Below are positions 40,334-50,472 of a DNA stretch of 64,000 nt, in pieces. How positions within the stretch are numbered: the first letter of the stretch is position 1; each line of letters opens with the position of its first letter. Origin of the DNA: Candidatus Sericytochromatia bacterium. GTDB taxonomy: Bacteria; Cyanobacteriota; Sericytochromatia; S15B-MN24; UBA4093. The stretch lies in the NCBI GenBank assembly GCA_036676985.1, contig JAKFBU010000023.1, forward strand, positions 160,001 through 224,000. The letters run 5' to 3'. The notes beneath the pieces are model-generated. The model saw only the letters and a program-made list of their open reading frames with translations, ran no database searches and was not told the DNA's origin. The position numbers were made by a program, and so were the translations under genes.

Positions 40334-41347
40334 TCAGGACTTGGCGAGCCGGACCTCGGGCTCCGTAAGGGCCAGGATCGCCTCGGCGAAAGCCTCGGCC
40401 ATCAGCTCGTTGCCCGCGGCGTTGGGATGCAGGTCGCCCTGGGACACCGAGTCCGGCAGGGAGGGGTCGTAGGGGGCCTCATGGTAAAAGAGGTCCCAGA
40501 CTCCGCCCTCGGCCGCCCGGCGGAAGATGGTCGCAAAGGACACGAGGTGGGCGCCATGTCGCTCGGCGGCCGCGGCGATCTCCCGGTTGTAGGGAGCCGA
40601 GACCTCGTTCCAATCACCGTCCCAGCGGGGCTTGTAGGGGATGTCCGCCACGATCACGCCCGGCGAAACCCGGGAGAGCGGCTGCAAGAGGTCGTCCAAG
40701 GCCTCGGGGAAGCGCGACAGCGTGGTGTTGAAGACGTCGTTGGTGCCGAACTCCACGAGCGTGACGTCCGGGTTCTGGTTCAGGACGTCGTCCGTCAGGC
40801 GCTGGATCGCCTTGGCGTAGGTGTCGCCGCTCTTTCCTTGATCCACGAAGTCCACCCAGAACCCCGGGCGCGCGGCCTGGATCCGGCCCACCAGCTTCAT
40901 GACGAAGCGATCGCCGAGGTCCACCTTGAGCCCCGCCGTGAGGCTGTCCCCGAAGCCCACGACCCGCACGCCCGACGGGCTGAGGCGCGCCTCGAGCTTC
41001 GCCCCCTTCGGCAGGGGCCCCTTGTAGGTCAGGGGCAGGTAGCCCGGCCGCACGAGCCGCACCGAGTGCGTCTCCGCGGCGGCCACCTTGACACCCCAGC
41101 GGCCGTCGGACTGCTGCTCCGCCCGGACCCCGTCCACCTCGACCCTCAGCGAGGTGATAGTACGGCCTCGCAAGCGATCGCTCGCCTGCACCTCCAGGTA
41201 CAGGCTAGGCCGCTCGGCGGTCCCGACGGGCTCCGGGGGCGGAGTGGCCGGGCTCGGTACGACGGGAAGGGAACCGGATTGACAGGCCATCAGCAGGCCG
41301 CACACCGCCAGGACAGACGACCTGAGGATTGAGACGCGAACGCTCAC
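40334..41347 (-). CDS. SGNH/GDSL hydrolase lipoprotein
   Basis: Lipobox LMA-C; GFGDSLTAG, GKSG, FGTND, DLHPN. Start uncertain; GTG 41347 chosen. Confidence 0.85.
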   Translation of the reverse strand: MSVRVSILRSSVLAVCGLLMACQSGSLPVVPSPATPPPEPVGTAERPSLYLEVQASDRLRGRTITSLRVEVDGVRAEQQSDGRWGVKVAAAETHSVRLVRPGYLPLTYKGPLPKGAKLEARLSPSGVRVVGFGDSLTAGLKVDLGDRFVMKLVGRIQAARPGFWVDFVDQGKSGDTYAKAIQRLTDDVLNQNPDVTLVEFGTNDVFNTTLSRFPEALDDLLQPLSRVSPGVIVADIPYKPRWDGDWNEVSAPYNREIAAAAERHGAHLVSFATIFRRAAEGGVWDLFYHEAPYDPSLPDSVSQGDLHPNAAGNELMAEAFAEAILALTEPEVRLAKS

Positions 41348-41546
41348 TGGCTCGATCCTCCGCGTGAAACATGGGGCAGCCGTTCGTGCGCAGCCCCGCA
41401 GGGGCCTGTCCTTCACGATAGAACGACGGGCCGCCCGCATGCATCGCAACCTCCGCCAGCCTTGTTCGGCGATAGCGGGCGGGCGAGACTCTTGCTTCGG
41501 CTCGTCAAGGGCGCTATCCTGCAAGTCCCCCCGAGCAAGCGAGCCC

Positions 41547-42467
41547 ATGAGCGCCTCCATCTTCCGCCATATCGTCCAAGCAACCCCACCGCACGCCACC
41601 GTCGCGGGCGTGCTGTCGCACCAGCTGCGCATGTCCCGGCACCTGGTGCGTCAGCTCAAGGCCGCCGACGGCATCTTCCTGAACGGCGAGCCCGTCCGGG
41701 TCTCACACCCGGCGCAGGAGGGCGACCTCTTGGAGCTGCAGCTGCCGGAGGCCCCCTCGGACAAGGTGGACCCGGAGCCGGTGCCCGTGGACATCCTCTA
41801 CGAGGATGACGACCTCGTCGTGCTCAACAAGCCGCCCGGCCTGGTGGTGCACCCGACGCACGGCTGCCACCACGGCACGCTCGCCAACGGCCTCGCGCAC
41901 TACTACCGCTCGCGCGGCCTCTCGGTCGGCATGCACCCGGTGCATCGCATCGATCGAGACACCTCCGGCCTGGTGGTCTTCGCCAAGCACGGCTACGCCC
42001 ACCAGCAACTGGCCGATCAGCTCGAGGAGTTCAAGCTGGATCGCGAGTACGTGGCGATCGCCGAAGGCCTCCTGGAAGCCGATCGCGGCGTCATCACGGC
42101 CCCCATCGCGCGGCGTCCGGGGCCCGGCGGCTACCGCGAGATCGCGGCCCACGGCCAACCGGCCATCACCCGCTACCAGGTGCTGGCGCGCAGCCGAGAG
42201 GCCCGAGAGACCCTGGTCTCCCTGCGCCTGGAGACGGGTCGGACCCACCAGATCCGGGTCCATCTGATGGACATGGGACATCCGCTCCTCGGGGACAAGC
42301 TGTACGGGCGCCCCCATGCCGAGGTCGGGCGACAGGCGCTCCACGCCCATACCCTGAGCTTTCGTCACCCCCGGACCCAAGCGCTCATGCGCCTTGTAGC
42401 CCCCTTGCCGGAGGACCTCTCCGGCTACGTGAAACGAACGTTCGGCGTCACGCTGGATCTCCCGTGA
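41547..42467 (+). CDS. RluA/RluD-family pseudouridine synthase
   Basis: NKPPGLVVHP, HRIDRDTSG, ETGRTHQIRVH, GDKLYG, QALHA. Confidence 0.95.
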   Translation: MSASIFRHIVQATPPHATVAGVLSHQLRMSRHLVRQLKAADGIFLNGEPVRVSHPAQEGDLLELQLPEAPSDKVDPEPVPVDILYEDDDLVVLNKPPGLVVHPTHGCHHGTLANGLAHYYRSRGLSVGMHPVHRIDRDTSGLVVFAKHGYAHQQLADQLEEFKLDREYVAIAEGLLEADRGVITAPIARRPGPGGYREIAAHGQPAITRYQVLARSREARETLVSLRLETGRTHQIRVHLMDMGHPLLGDKLYGRPHAEVGRQALHAHTLSFRHPRTQALMRLVAPLPEDLSGYVKRTFGVTLDLP

Positions 42468-42521
42468 GGCGCCGCTCCTGACGGAGGGTTCGCCGAGCTC
42501 CGGCCCGCCATCCCCATCTTC

Positions 42522-42562
42522 AAGGCCCATGACCCCCGAAGCGGTTGGTCATGGGCCTTTTT
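42522..42562 (+). terminator. Intrinsic terminator
   Basis: AAGGCCCATGACC/GGTCATGGGCCTT stem with a T run. Confidence 0.75.
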
Positions 42563-42738
42563 AGCTTTTGATAAATAGACGACGGCGTATATTTGTATCA
42601 AAATTTAATGACGATCTGATGTGACTTGATAGCGGCTTAAGGCTCCGCAAAGGATTCGACCTGAAAACGGAGCTATGTATATACATCACAAGGAACCCCC
42701 AACTTCCATGTCAAGCTACTCACGAAAGGAGGAGGCCC

Positions 42739-42939
42739 ATGAAAGCCACCGTTGCTTTGGCGTGCCTGCTGACGGCGATCGCGTCCGGGTTGGTCACTGG
42801 CTGCGCGACGGCTCCCGCGGCCGTTGCGCCCTTACAGGGAAGCACGGTCCGGGAGGACAGGCCCGCCATGCAGGCCCCTCCACAGGGCGATCGGAAGACG
42901 CAAGGCGCGCGGATCGGCACGGCGTCGCGGCTCGGCTGA
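42739..42939 (+). CDS. Small lipoprotein
   Basis: AAGGAGGAGG RBS, lipobox VTG-C, hairpin at about 42941-42974 after the stop. Confidence 0.7.
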   Translation: MKATVALACLLTAIASGLVTGCATAPAAVAPLQGSTVREDRPAMQAPPQGDRKTQGARIGTASRLG

Positions 42940-43084
42940 TGACGAACGGGGGAGGCGAGCCTCCCCCGTTCGTCTGGGCGCTTGGAACGAGGCAAACAAG
43001 CGGCGAAAGGGGGAACGGGCCAGATAGCTTGCGGATTGGCCCCATGGGCGGTATCGTCTCTTTGCCCCTTGACGGAGGATGCCC

Positions 43085-44227
43085 ATGAAACGCCCATCCA
43101 TCGCCATTTCACTTGGATTACCCCTGGCCGTCCTGCTCGGTTGCACCCCCCTTGCGACCACCCCCCAGGCGGGCTCCTCGCCGGCCCCCACGCCGACCGG
43201 GACGGCGTCCGGTGGTGGCGGTTACGGGCAGTTCGCGCTCTCCTGGAAGCGGGACTTGTCGGCTCGGGCTCAGGGCGTGGCCGTCGTGCCCTCGGGTGAC
43301 GTCTACCTGAGCGTCAACGCCTCCTATGCCGACGGGGATCCGTTCGAGGAGGGTGGGGGCGCCATGGTCTTCTCGCCCACGGGCACCAAGCTCGCGGACG
43401 TCCCCACGATCTTGCCACTCGCCTTCGAGGGGGCCACCCGCATGGTCTTCGCGCCACGGGCCCCGCGCGTGGCCTCGGGCAGCGTGTACCTCGGCAACTA
43501 CAACTGGGGCCTGTTCGGGATCAATCCCAGCAACCGCTCGGCCACCCAAATCGCCGTCAACCTGAACGACCTCTCGACGAGCATCACGGGCCTGGACGCC
43601 AACAGCGGCCTATCGGCGGACGGCACGCGGGCCTACCTCACGGGCACCAAGCTCTACGTCCTCAACCTCCAGAGCGGCGTGATGGAGCGGGCGGTGGACT
43701 TCGGGCGCTACGTCCGGCAGATCGTGCCGGCGTCGGGCTCCGTTCACCTGGTCAACCTCACCGAGAACCTGGACTCCGAGGGTACACTCGCCCTGTGGAA
43801 CGCGGAGACCGACACCCGGACGACCTTCGAGGTCGACCACCCGGTGCGCGGCATCGCCGCGCGGGATGACTGGGCCGTGGGCGTGGTGGAGACGGGTCTC
43901 ACCGATTACCGGGTGGTCCAGTGGGACCTCTCCAAGACCCCGCCCGTCGAGAAGGACCTCGGCGGCTTCCGCATGTCGGGCGGCAACGACTTGAGCATGG
44001 CCCTTCGCCCGGGTAAACGACAAGTAGCCATCGGGACAGCGGGCATCCAGGCGGTGACGGACAGCTCCATCACGGTCCTGACCGGGAGCACGGTCTTCAT
44101 CGACGCCGACCAGGGAACCATCGGGCGGGCGGATACCAGCAGCGTCCAGGGTCTGACGTTCAGCCCCAATGGCGGCATGCTCTACGTGGCGGATACCGGA
44201 GGTCTCAAGGCTTTTGCCCTACCTTAA
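43085..44227 (+). CDS. Lipoprotein, probable beta-propeller
   Basis: Lipobox LLG-C; SADGTRAYL and FSPNGGMLYVAD blade-like motifs. Confidence 0.7.
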   Translation: MKRPSIAISLGLPLAVLLGCTPLATTPQAGSSPAPTPTGTASGGGGYGQFALSWKRDLSARAQGVAVVPSGDVYLSVNASYADGDPFEEGGGAMVFSPTGTKLADVPTILPLAFEGATRMVFAPRAPRVASGSVYLGNYNWGLFGINPSNRSATQIAVNLNDLSTSITGLDANSGLSADGTRAYLTGTKLYVLNLQSGVMERAVDFGRYVRQIVPASGSVHLVNLTENLDSEGTLALWNAETDTRTTFEVDHPVRGIAARDDWAVGVVETGLTDYRVVQWDLSKTPPVEKDLGGFRMSGGNDLSMALRPGKRQVAIGTAGIQAVTDSSITVLTGSTVFIDADQGTIGRADTSSVQGLTFSPNGGMLYVADTGGLKAFALP

Positions 44228-45035
44228 TCCCAGGCTCCTCGCTTCCCTGATGGCCCTCTGCACCCTTACCGGCTGCATGGGGCTCGGCAAGGGCTCCTTC
44301 GACTCGACGACGGGCGCCGACGGCGCCCTCAAGGCGAGCGACGCCGCCTCGCACTCCAAGGCGCACCTGAGGCGCGAGGGGAGCGAGGTCCTCGTGCAGG
44401 ACGCCTACCGCTTCGACCTCGCCACGCTCGTCGAGGTGGACGAGGGCTACGTGCCGGGCCACAACCCCGACGAGGGACAGCAGACCAAAGATGAGACGAT
44501 CATCTCCATGGCGATCCATGGGGCCTTCGGCATGGGGACCTTCAACCCCGTCCTCGACAAGATCGACAGTCCCTGGGCCAAGGACGTCATGGCCCATACG
44601 CGCATCGGGCGCCCTTTCCTGGTGCGCTCGCTCAGCCCCAAGCGCGACGACTACTACGTCGTCCCGGTCCTCTTCAAGAGTCGCTGGGGCGTGGCGAACC
44701 ACGTGGGCGTCACGCCGCGCGGGACCTACTACAGCAACGGCTTCACCGTCCCCAACATGCCCCTCGAAAAGGCGGGCAGCGGGACGGCATTTGGCCGGAA
44801 GAACCTGGACCAGCTCATCGCGCGCCTCGGCTCGCCGACCGAGCCTCCCCAGCGGGTCTGGCTGGAGACGGATCCCCCGCAGGAGGATGCCGTGCTCGGC
44901 TATTGCTGGCTCGTGAAGGCAGGAGGCGAGGTCCGGGTGTACGACACCAAGGGGCGTTCGGGCCGTCTGAGTGCCGAACAAGCAGCCAAACTCAGGACCG
45001 GGCAGCCCCTCGACGGCGCCATTCGGCTCCAATAA
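44214..45035 (+). CDS. Hypothetical lipoprotein
   Basis: Lipobox LTG-C; GGAGG precedes TTG 44214 (start uncertain); overlaps the previous gene. Confidence 0.7.
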   Translation: MPYLNPRLLASLMALCTLTGCMGLGKGSFDSTTGADGALKASDAASHSKAHLRREGSEVLVQDAYRFDLATLVEVDEGYVPGHNPDEGQQTKDETIISMAIHGAFGMGTFNPVLDKIDSPWAKDVMAHTRIGRPFLVRSLSPKRDDYYVVPVLFKSRWGVANHVGVTPRGTYYSNGFTVPNMPLEKAGSGTAFGRKNLDQLIARLGSPTEPPQRVWLETDPPQEDAVLGYCWLVKAGGEVRVYDTKGRSGRLSAEQAAKLRTGQPLDGAIRLQ

Positions 45036-45123
45036 ACCCGAAGAGACGATGCGTTCATCTACATGAAATATTTCGAGGGCATACTGTCCTCAGGAACCCC
45101 TGCCTGGCACCTGGAGGTCGCCC

Positions 45124-45357
45124 ATGATCATCATCGTGAACGAAATCGCCTACGAAGTGACGCCCACCCCGGGAGGTCTCATCTTCGAGTTGCCGGACGG
45201 TGATCGCCAGGCCTTCATCCCCTGGGCGCGGGTCATGGAGCATGCCTTCCCCATGGAGCCCGGCGAGCACACGGACCACATCCTCGAGGGATCGCTGAGC
45301 GTGCCCGAGTACCTGGCCGGCATGGAACCCCACGGCAAGCCCACCCTCGTTCGATGA
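45124..45357 (+). CDS. Small acidic hypothetical protein
   Basis: GGAGG RBS, 77 aa, GC3-biased codons. Confidence 0.6.
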   Translation: MIIIVNEIAYEVTPTPGGLIFELPDGDRQAFIPWARVMEHAFPMEPGEHTDHILEGSLSVPEYLAGMEPHGKPTLVR

Positions 45358-45373
45358 GCACCTTAGGCGCTCA

Positions 45374-46198
45374 CTAGTCCTTGACGGCCCCCTCCAGGAG
45401 GCCGCGGATGAAGTAACGCTGACCCGCAACGAAGACCGCGATGGCCGGAATGACGGCGATCGCGGTTGCTGCCATGAGCAGGCCCCAGTCCGTGACCTCC
45501 TTCATGGAGGCCCGGAAGGCCGCGAGGCCCACGGGCAGGGTGCGCACGGCGTCCGAGTGCGTGACGACGAGCGGCCAGAGGAAGGTGTTCCAGGACGCCA
45601 GGAACTCGAAGATGGCGAGCGTCGCGATGGCGGGCAGCGCCGTTGGCAGGGCCACCCGCCAGTAGAGGTCCCACGGGCTGCAACCGTCGATGCGCGCCGC
45701 GTCCTCCAGCTCCGACGGCAGGTTGAGGAACCATTGCCGGAAGAGGAAGATGCCGAACGCCCCCGACAGTCCCGGCAGGATGAGCGCCTGGTAGGTATCC
45801 ACCCAGCCGAGCGTCGAGATGAGCGCGAACAAGGGCACCAGGTTGATATAGATGGGCACCATCATGGTCGCGAGCACGGCGAAGAACAGGGTGTTGCGCC
45901 CCTTGAAGCGCAGCCGCGCGAAGGCGAAGCCCGCCATGGAGCCCGTGACCACCTGGCCAACGACCGTGAGCACGGCGACCAGTAGGCTGTTCAGGAAGTA
46001 GCGGACGATGGGCGTCTCGGTGAGGGCCTTACGATAGTTCTCGAGCGTCGCCGGGCGCGGCCACCACTCGGGCGGGTAGGCGACGGTCTGGGCGTAGGTC
46101 ATGAGCGACGTGCCGGCCATCAGGAGGAAGGGGGCCGCCATGAGCACCGCTCCGATGGCGAGCACCAGGGTCGCAAGCCCGGTCTTGGACTTCATCAT
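45374..46198 (-). CDS. Carbohydrate ABC transporter permease
   Basis: FLNS, ELEDAARIDG EAA loop, WNTFLWPL; start ATG 46198. Confidence 0.93.
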   Translation of the reverse strand: MMKSKTGLATLVLAIGAVLMAAPFLLMAGTSLMTYAQTVAYPPEWWPRPATLENYRKALTETPIVRYFLNSLLVAVLTVVGQVVTGSMAGFAFARLRFKGRNTLFFAVLATMMVPIYINLVPLFALISTLGWVDTYQALILPGLSGAFGIFLFRQWFLNLPSELEDAARIDGCSPWDLYWRVALPTALPAIATLAIFEFLASWNTFLWPLVVTHSDAVRTLPVGLAAFRASMKEVTDWGLLMAATAIAVIPAIAVFVAGQRYFIRGLLEGAVKD

Positions 46199-47082
46199 GC
46201 CTCCTCCTGGTGGCTGAGGCGCCGCCTTGCCCACCACTGCAGGCCCGTGAGGGCCACCAGCACCGCGAAGAGGATGTAGGCCAACGCGGACGCCTTGCCG
46301 AGCTTGAAGTACGTGAAGGCGTTCTGGAACAGCCAGAACCCGATGATGGTCGTCGAGCGGTGCGGCCCGCCCTCGGTCATCAGGTAGACGGTGTCGAAGG
46401 TCTGGAAGGCCCGGATGGTCGCCATCATGACGACCATGACGAGCGTCGGCCCCAAGAGGGGCAGGGCCACGAAGCGGAAGCGCTGCCAGGCGTTGGCGCC
46501 GTCGAGGCTCGCCGCCTCCAGCTGCTGGCCCGGCACGGCCTGCAGGCCCGCGAGGAAGAGCAGCATGTCGTAGCCGAGGTTCTTCCAGACGCTCACCATC
46601 ACGAGCGACGGCAGGGCCCAGCGCGAGTCGCTCAGCCAACGGATCGGATCGACGTGGAAAACCCCGAGCAGCGCGTTCAGAAGGCCGAAGCGCGGGTCGA
46701 AGATCCAGCTCCAGAGGATGGCGCCCGCCACCATGGAGGTCACGACCGGCATGAAGTAGGCCGTCCGGTAGAGGGACTGAAAGCGCACCTTCTGGTTGAG
46801 GGCGATCGCAAGCCCCAGGGCCAATGCCACGTCGAAGACCAGGTAGAGGAGCACGAAGGCGCCCGTCTGGAGCATCACGCGGTAGAAGAGCGGGTCTCTT
46901 GCCAGGTCCTGGTAGTTGGCGAGCCCCACCCACTTGGGCGCGCCGAGCAGGTCCCACTGGGTGAAGCTGAGGACGAACGAGCCCAGGGTCGGCAGGACCG
47001 TGAAGAGGCCGATCCCGAAGAGGGCCGGGAGGAGGAGCCAAAAGGCCCAGCGCGATTCCGCGCGTCGCAAGGGGGCGCTCAC
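46195..47082 (-). CDS. Carbohydrate ABC transporter permease
   Basis: WVGLANY, WKNLGY, EAASLDGA, TEGGP. Confidence 0.93.
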   Translation of the reverse strand: MSAPLRRAESRWAFWLLLPALFGIGLFTVLPTLGSFVLSFTQWDLLGAPKWVGLANYQDLARDPLFYRVMLQTGAFVLLYLVFDVALALGLAIALNQKVRFQSLYRTAYFMPVVTSMVAGAILWSWIFDPRFGLLNALLGVFHVDPIRWLSDSRWALPSLVMVSVWKNLGYDMLLFLAGLQAVPGQQLEAASLDGANAWQRFRFVALPLLGPTLVMVVMMATIRAFQTFDTVYLMTEGGPHRSTTIIGFWLFQNAFTYFKLGKASALAYILFAVLVALTGLQWWARRRLSHQEEA

Positions 47083-48311
47083 CGGTTGTCCTCCCGCAAG
47101 AGCGCGTCGATGCGCCGGACGATGGGCCGCAGCGTCTCCTCGAGCCCCTGCTCGCCGTTCCACGCGGGCGTCAGGCCGTCGATGAGCTCGTACTGGATCT
47201 CGTCATAGGAGGGCGAGGTCCGGGTCGGCCGGGACTGGGCCACCACGTCCAGGAACACGCGGCTGGAGGCGGGTGGTCCCGACATGAAGGCCGGGGAGTT
47301 GGCCACGTCCGGGCGGCTCGGCACGATGAGGCCGCTCTCGGTGAAGGCGGCGATCGCCTTCTTGCTCGCCATGAAGCGGATCAGGCGCCAGGCCTTCTCG
47401 GGCTCCTTGCAGCTCTTGGAGATGCTCCAGCCCGAGGAGTCGGCATCGACCACCGAGCCCACCTTGCCCGCGGGGAAGGGGGCCACGTCCCACGGGAAGT
47501 CCAGCTTCTTGCGGAAGCCCGGCACCACCCAGCGACCGCCCACCATCATGGCGAGCTTGCCTTGGGCGAAGAGCTGGCTCGGGCGGGCGTTGCCCACCTC
47601 GGCCTCTGTCGGGGCCACGTGATGCTTGAAGCGCAGGTCGTGATAGCGCTGCAGGGCCGCGAGGCTCTCGGGCTCCAGCAGCGTGCTGCGGCGCGCCTCG
47701 GGATCCATCACGTCCCCGCCGTCGCTCCAGAGGTAGGGCAACCAGTAGAGCGGATACGGCGAGAAGCCGATGCCCCACTGCACATCCTTGCGGGTCAGGC
47801 GCCCGGCCTTGGCGACCATGTCCTCGTAGGTCCAGCCGGCCTCGGGATAGGGGACGCCCGCCGCGTCGAAGAGCTTGCGGTTGTAAAAGATGACGAGGTT
47901 CGAGAGGTCGCGCGGGATGCCGTAAAGGGTGCCCTTCCAGGACATGGCGTCCAGGACCGGCTGGTAGAAGTCACTTTCTTTGAGCTCGGGGTCCTTGGCG
48001 AGGAAGGGGCCCAGGTCGCGCAGCACGCCGCGGTTGGCGAAGCCCGGCAGGGTCTGACTCTCCATGAAGAGCACGTCCGGCATGGTGCGGGAGGCCGCCA
48101 GGAGGCGCACCTTGTGCGGGTACTCGTCCGGTATGTGGATGAGCTTGACCGGGACGTCCGGATTCTCGCGCTCGAACTCGGCCAGGAGCGGCTTGAGGGT
48201 CTCGATCTCGTCGATGGACCCCCAGGTGGAGAACGTGATCGCCTCGCTGCCCGGCCGCGCGCATGCGGCCAGCAACATCGTGGTCAGCAGCACGATCCCC
48301 TTGCGTAGCAC
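47079..48311 (-). CDS. Sugar ABC substrate-binding lipoprotein
   Basis: Lipobox LAA-C; PDVLF, LYGIP, FYNRKLFDAAG, FAQGKLAM. Confidence 0.9.
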   Translation of the reverse strand: MLRKGIVLLTTMLLAACARPGSEAITFSTWGSIDEIETLKPLLAEFERENPDVPVKLIHIPDEYPHKVRLLAASRTMPDVLFMESQTLPGFANRGVLRDLGPFLAKDPELKESDFYQPVLDAMSWKGTLYGIPRDLSNLVIFYNRKLFDAAGVPYPEAGWTYEDMVAKAGRLTRKDVQWGIGFSPYPLYWLPYLWSDGGDVMDPEARRSTLLEPESLAALQRYHDLRFKHHVAPTEAEVGNARPSQLFAQGKLAMMVGGRWVVPGFRKKLDFPWDVAPFPAGKVGSVVDADSSGWSISKSCKEPEKAWRLIRFMASKKAIAAFTESGLIVPSRPDVANSPAFMSGPPASSRVFLDVVAQSRPTRTSPSYDEIQYELIDGLTPAWNGEQGLEETLRPIVRRIDALLREDNR

Positions 48312-48366
48312 CCTTACTCCTTCTATGATCGGCTCGTAGCGCCCCACTTCACGTGATGGAGGCCCT

Positions 48367-49362
48367 GTGGACACGCCGCTCAAACCACCACGGCGCCCCG
48401 AACTCGACCTGATTCCCTATCGGCCTGAATTGGCCTCGGATCTGCTCGCCGTCTGGCATTCGGCCACCGGCGATCGCTACCCCATTATGCCCGCCCTGTG
48501 GGAGGCCAACACGCTCGGGGATCCCAGCTTCCAGTGCGAAGACCTCCTGGTCGCGCGGCAGGACGGCGCCATCGCGGGCTTTGCGCTCACGAAGCGCTTT
48601 CGAGAGGAGGCCGTCACATGCGAGCGCTTCGAATCCATCGGCTACCTGGCTTTGATGGCCGTCGCGCCGGGCTTCCAGCGACAGGGTCTGGGCGCTGACT
48701 TGCTTGCCGCCGCAGAAGCCAAGCTCCGCGCCGACGGGGCCGAAAAGGTCGTGCTCGGCGGCAGCTTCCACCACTTCATGCCGGGCGTACCCACGAACTG
48801 GACGGACGCCATGGTCTGCTTCGCGCGGGCAGGCTACGCCATGGGCCGGGAGTTCGTGGACGTACGCCGGGACCTGGCCACAGGCGACCCGTTGCCGGAC
48901 GTCGCGGAGACGCTCGCGGCGCGTCCCCACGTCACGCTCCGCCCCTACCGGGAGGGCGAGGCCAATCCCCTCATGAAGTTCCTGCTCGCCAACTTCCCGG
49001 GCCGCTGGTCCCGGGACGTGGGGCACTACCTGGATGCGGGCGGGGACATCGGATCGATCATGGGCCTCTTCGTCGACGGCGTGCCGCGCGGCTTCGCCTT
49101 GCTGCACCCGCCGGGCTCCGTCGGGGCGCTGCGCTGGGCGGGCTTCAACCCGACCGTTTCGGCCCTGGGCCCCATCGGCGTCGGCAAGATCGTCCAGGGC
49201 CACGGCCTCGGCCTCGCGCTCCTCGTGAAGGGCCTCGAACACCTCCAGGCCATGGGGGCCCAGGACACCGTCATCGACTGGACCGACCTCCTCGCCTTCT
49301 ACGGCAAGTGCGGGTTCCAGCCCTTCCTGCGCTACACCCTCGGCGAGAAGGGCCTCCGTTGA
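48367..49362 (+). CDS. Tandem GNAT acetyltransferase
   Basis: Two acetyl-CoA-binding motifs (FQRQGLG, VQGHGLG); IDWT...FYGKCGF. Confidence 0.85.
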   Translation: MDTPLKPPRRPELDLIPYRPELASDLLAVWHSATGDRYPIMPALWEANTLGDPSFQCEDLLVARQDGAIAGFALTKRFREEAVTCERFESIGYLALMAVAPGFQRQGLGADLLAAAEAKLRADGAEKVVLGGSFHHFMPGVPTNWTDAMVCFARAGYAMGREFVDVRRDLATGDPLPDVAETLAARPHVTLRPYREGEANPLMKFLLANFPGRWSRDVGHYLDAGGDIGSIMGLFVDGVPRGFALLHPPGSVGALRWAGFNPTVSALGPIGVGKIVQGHGLGLALLVKGLEHLQAMGAQDTVIDWTDLLAFYGKCGFQPFLRYTLGEKGLR

Positions 49363-50420
49363 GCCATCCGACCATCGATCCGGCCGCTCTCGGCGCCGTC
49401 CTCGCGCACCACCCCGACCTGGGGGAGCTGCGGGGGATCGGCCGGAACGGCCTGAGCGTCAACACGGCGACCTGCCTGTTCGAGACGGCGCGGGGCCCGT
49501 ACTTCGCCAAGGCCTACGATCCCTTGCAACGCGAGCCCATGGGCATCCTCGCCGAACATGCGCTGGTCGGACACCTGGTCGAGGGCGGCTTTCCGACGCC
49601 CCGCCTGCTGATGAACGCTGCCGGGACGACCGTCACCTGGCACGAGGGCCTCGCCTTCGTCCTCTCCGAGGTTGCCCGCGGGGAGGATCGCTACGGGAGC
49701 GTGGGGGTGTTCGAGCCGTTCGGAACGCTGCCAGAGGCGCGCTCGGCGGGGGCTGCCCTCGCCCGCTTCCACCTGGCCCTCGCCGACGGACCTCGGCTGG
49801 CTCCCAAGCCCTTCCGCGGCCTGACGGCGCGCTACGAGCTCATGGCCGCGCCGAGCCTCCGCTCGGGCATCGACGGCCTCCTGGAGGCAGCCCCCTTGCT
49901 CGAGGCGTTCCTCGACGAGCAGCAGACGATGAAGGGCCTCATGGACTTCCTGGAGCTGCGGCAGCCGCTCGTCGCGCCGCACCTGGCGGCGTTGCCGTGC
50001 GGCCTCATCCACGGGGACTTCATCAAGCGCAACCTGTTCTGGCGGGAACACGAGGTCTCGGACGTCATCGACTTCGACCTGTGGAACGTGGGCTACTGGG
50101 TCTACGACCTGGCGCTCGCCCTTTTGCCGTGCGGCTTCGACTGGCCGGCCTTGCTGAAGGGGACGGGAACGCCCCGCCTTCAGGACATGGAGGCCATGCT
50201 CGCGGGCTACCAGTCGGTGCGGCGGCTCTCGCCCGCCGAGGCGGCCGTCCTGCCCCTTGTCATGGAGACGGCCCGGGTCGAGTTCTACCTGGGAGCAATC
50301 GCCACCCAGGCCGCGCGCGGCGACCATGCCCAGGCCGAACGCTTCCGCACCCTGCTGATGGACACCACGCGCTGGTTCCATGCGCATCCGGAGTGGTCCT
50401 GGGATCTCCACTACGCCTAA
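49359..50420 (+). CDS. APH/homoserine kinase type II-like phosphotransferase
   Basis: YFAK, LARFHLA, IHGDFIKRN, VIDFD, YDLA; TTG overlaps the GNAT stop. Confidence 0.82.
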   Translation: MSHPTIDPAALGAVLAHHPDLGELRGIGRNGLSVNTATCLFETARGPYFAKAYDPLQREPMGILAEHALVGHLVEGGFPTPRLLMNAAGTTVTWHEGLAFVLSEVARGEDRYGSVGVFEPFGTLPEARSAGAALARFHLALADGPRLAPKPFRGLTARYELMAAPSLRSGIDGLLEAAPLLEAFLDEQQTMKGLMDFLELRQPLVAPHLAALPCGLIHGDFIKRNLFWREHEVSDVIDFDLWNVGYWVYDLALALLPCGFDWPALLKGTGTPRLQDMEAMLAGYQSVRRLSPAEAAVLPLVMETARVEFYLGAIATQAARGDHAQAERFRTLLMDTTRWFHAHPEWSWDLHYA

Positions 50421-50428
50421 AAAAGGAA

Positions 50429-50456
50429 GCGGGCCCCCCGAATTCGGGGGGCCCGC
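50429..50456. terminator. Bidirectional terminator between convergent genes
   Basis: GCGGGCCCCCCG-AATT-CGGGGGGCCCGC flanked by A and T runs. Confidence 0.7.
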
Positions 50457-50472
50457 CTAGTCTTTTCCTCGC

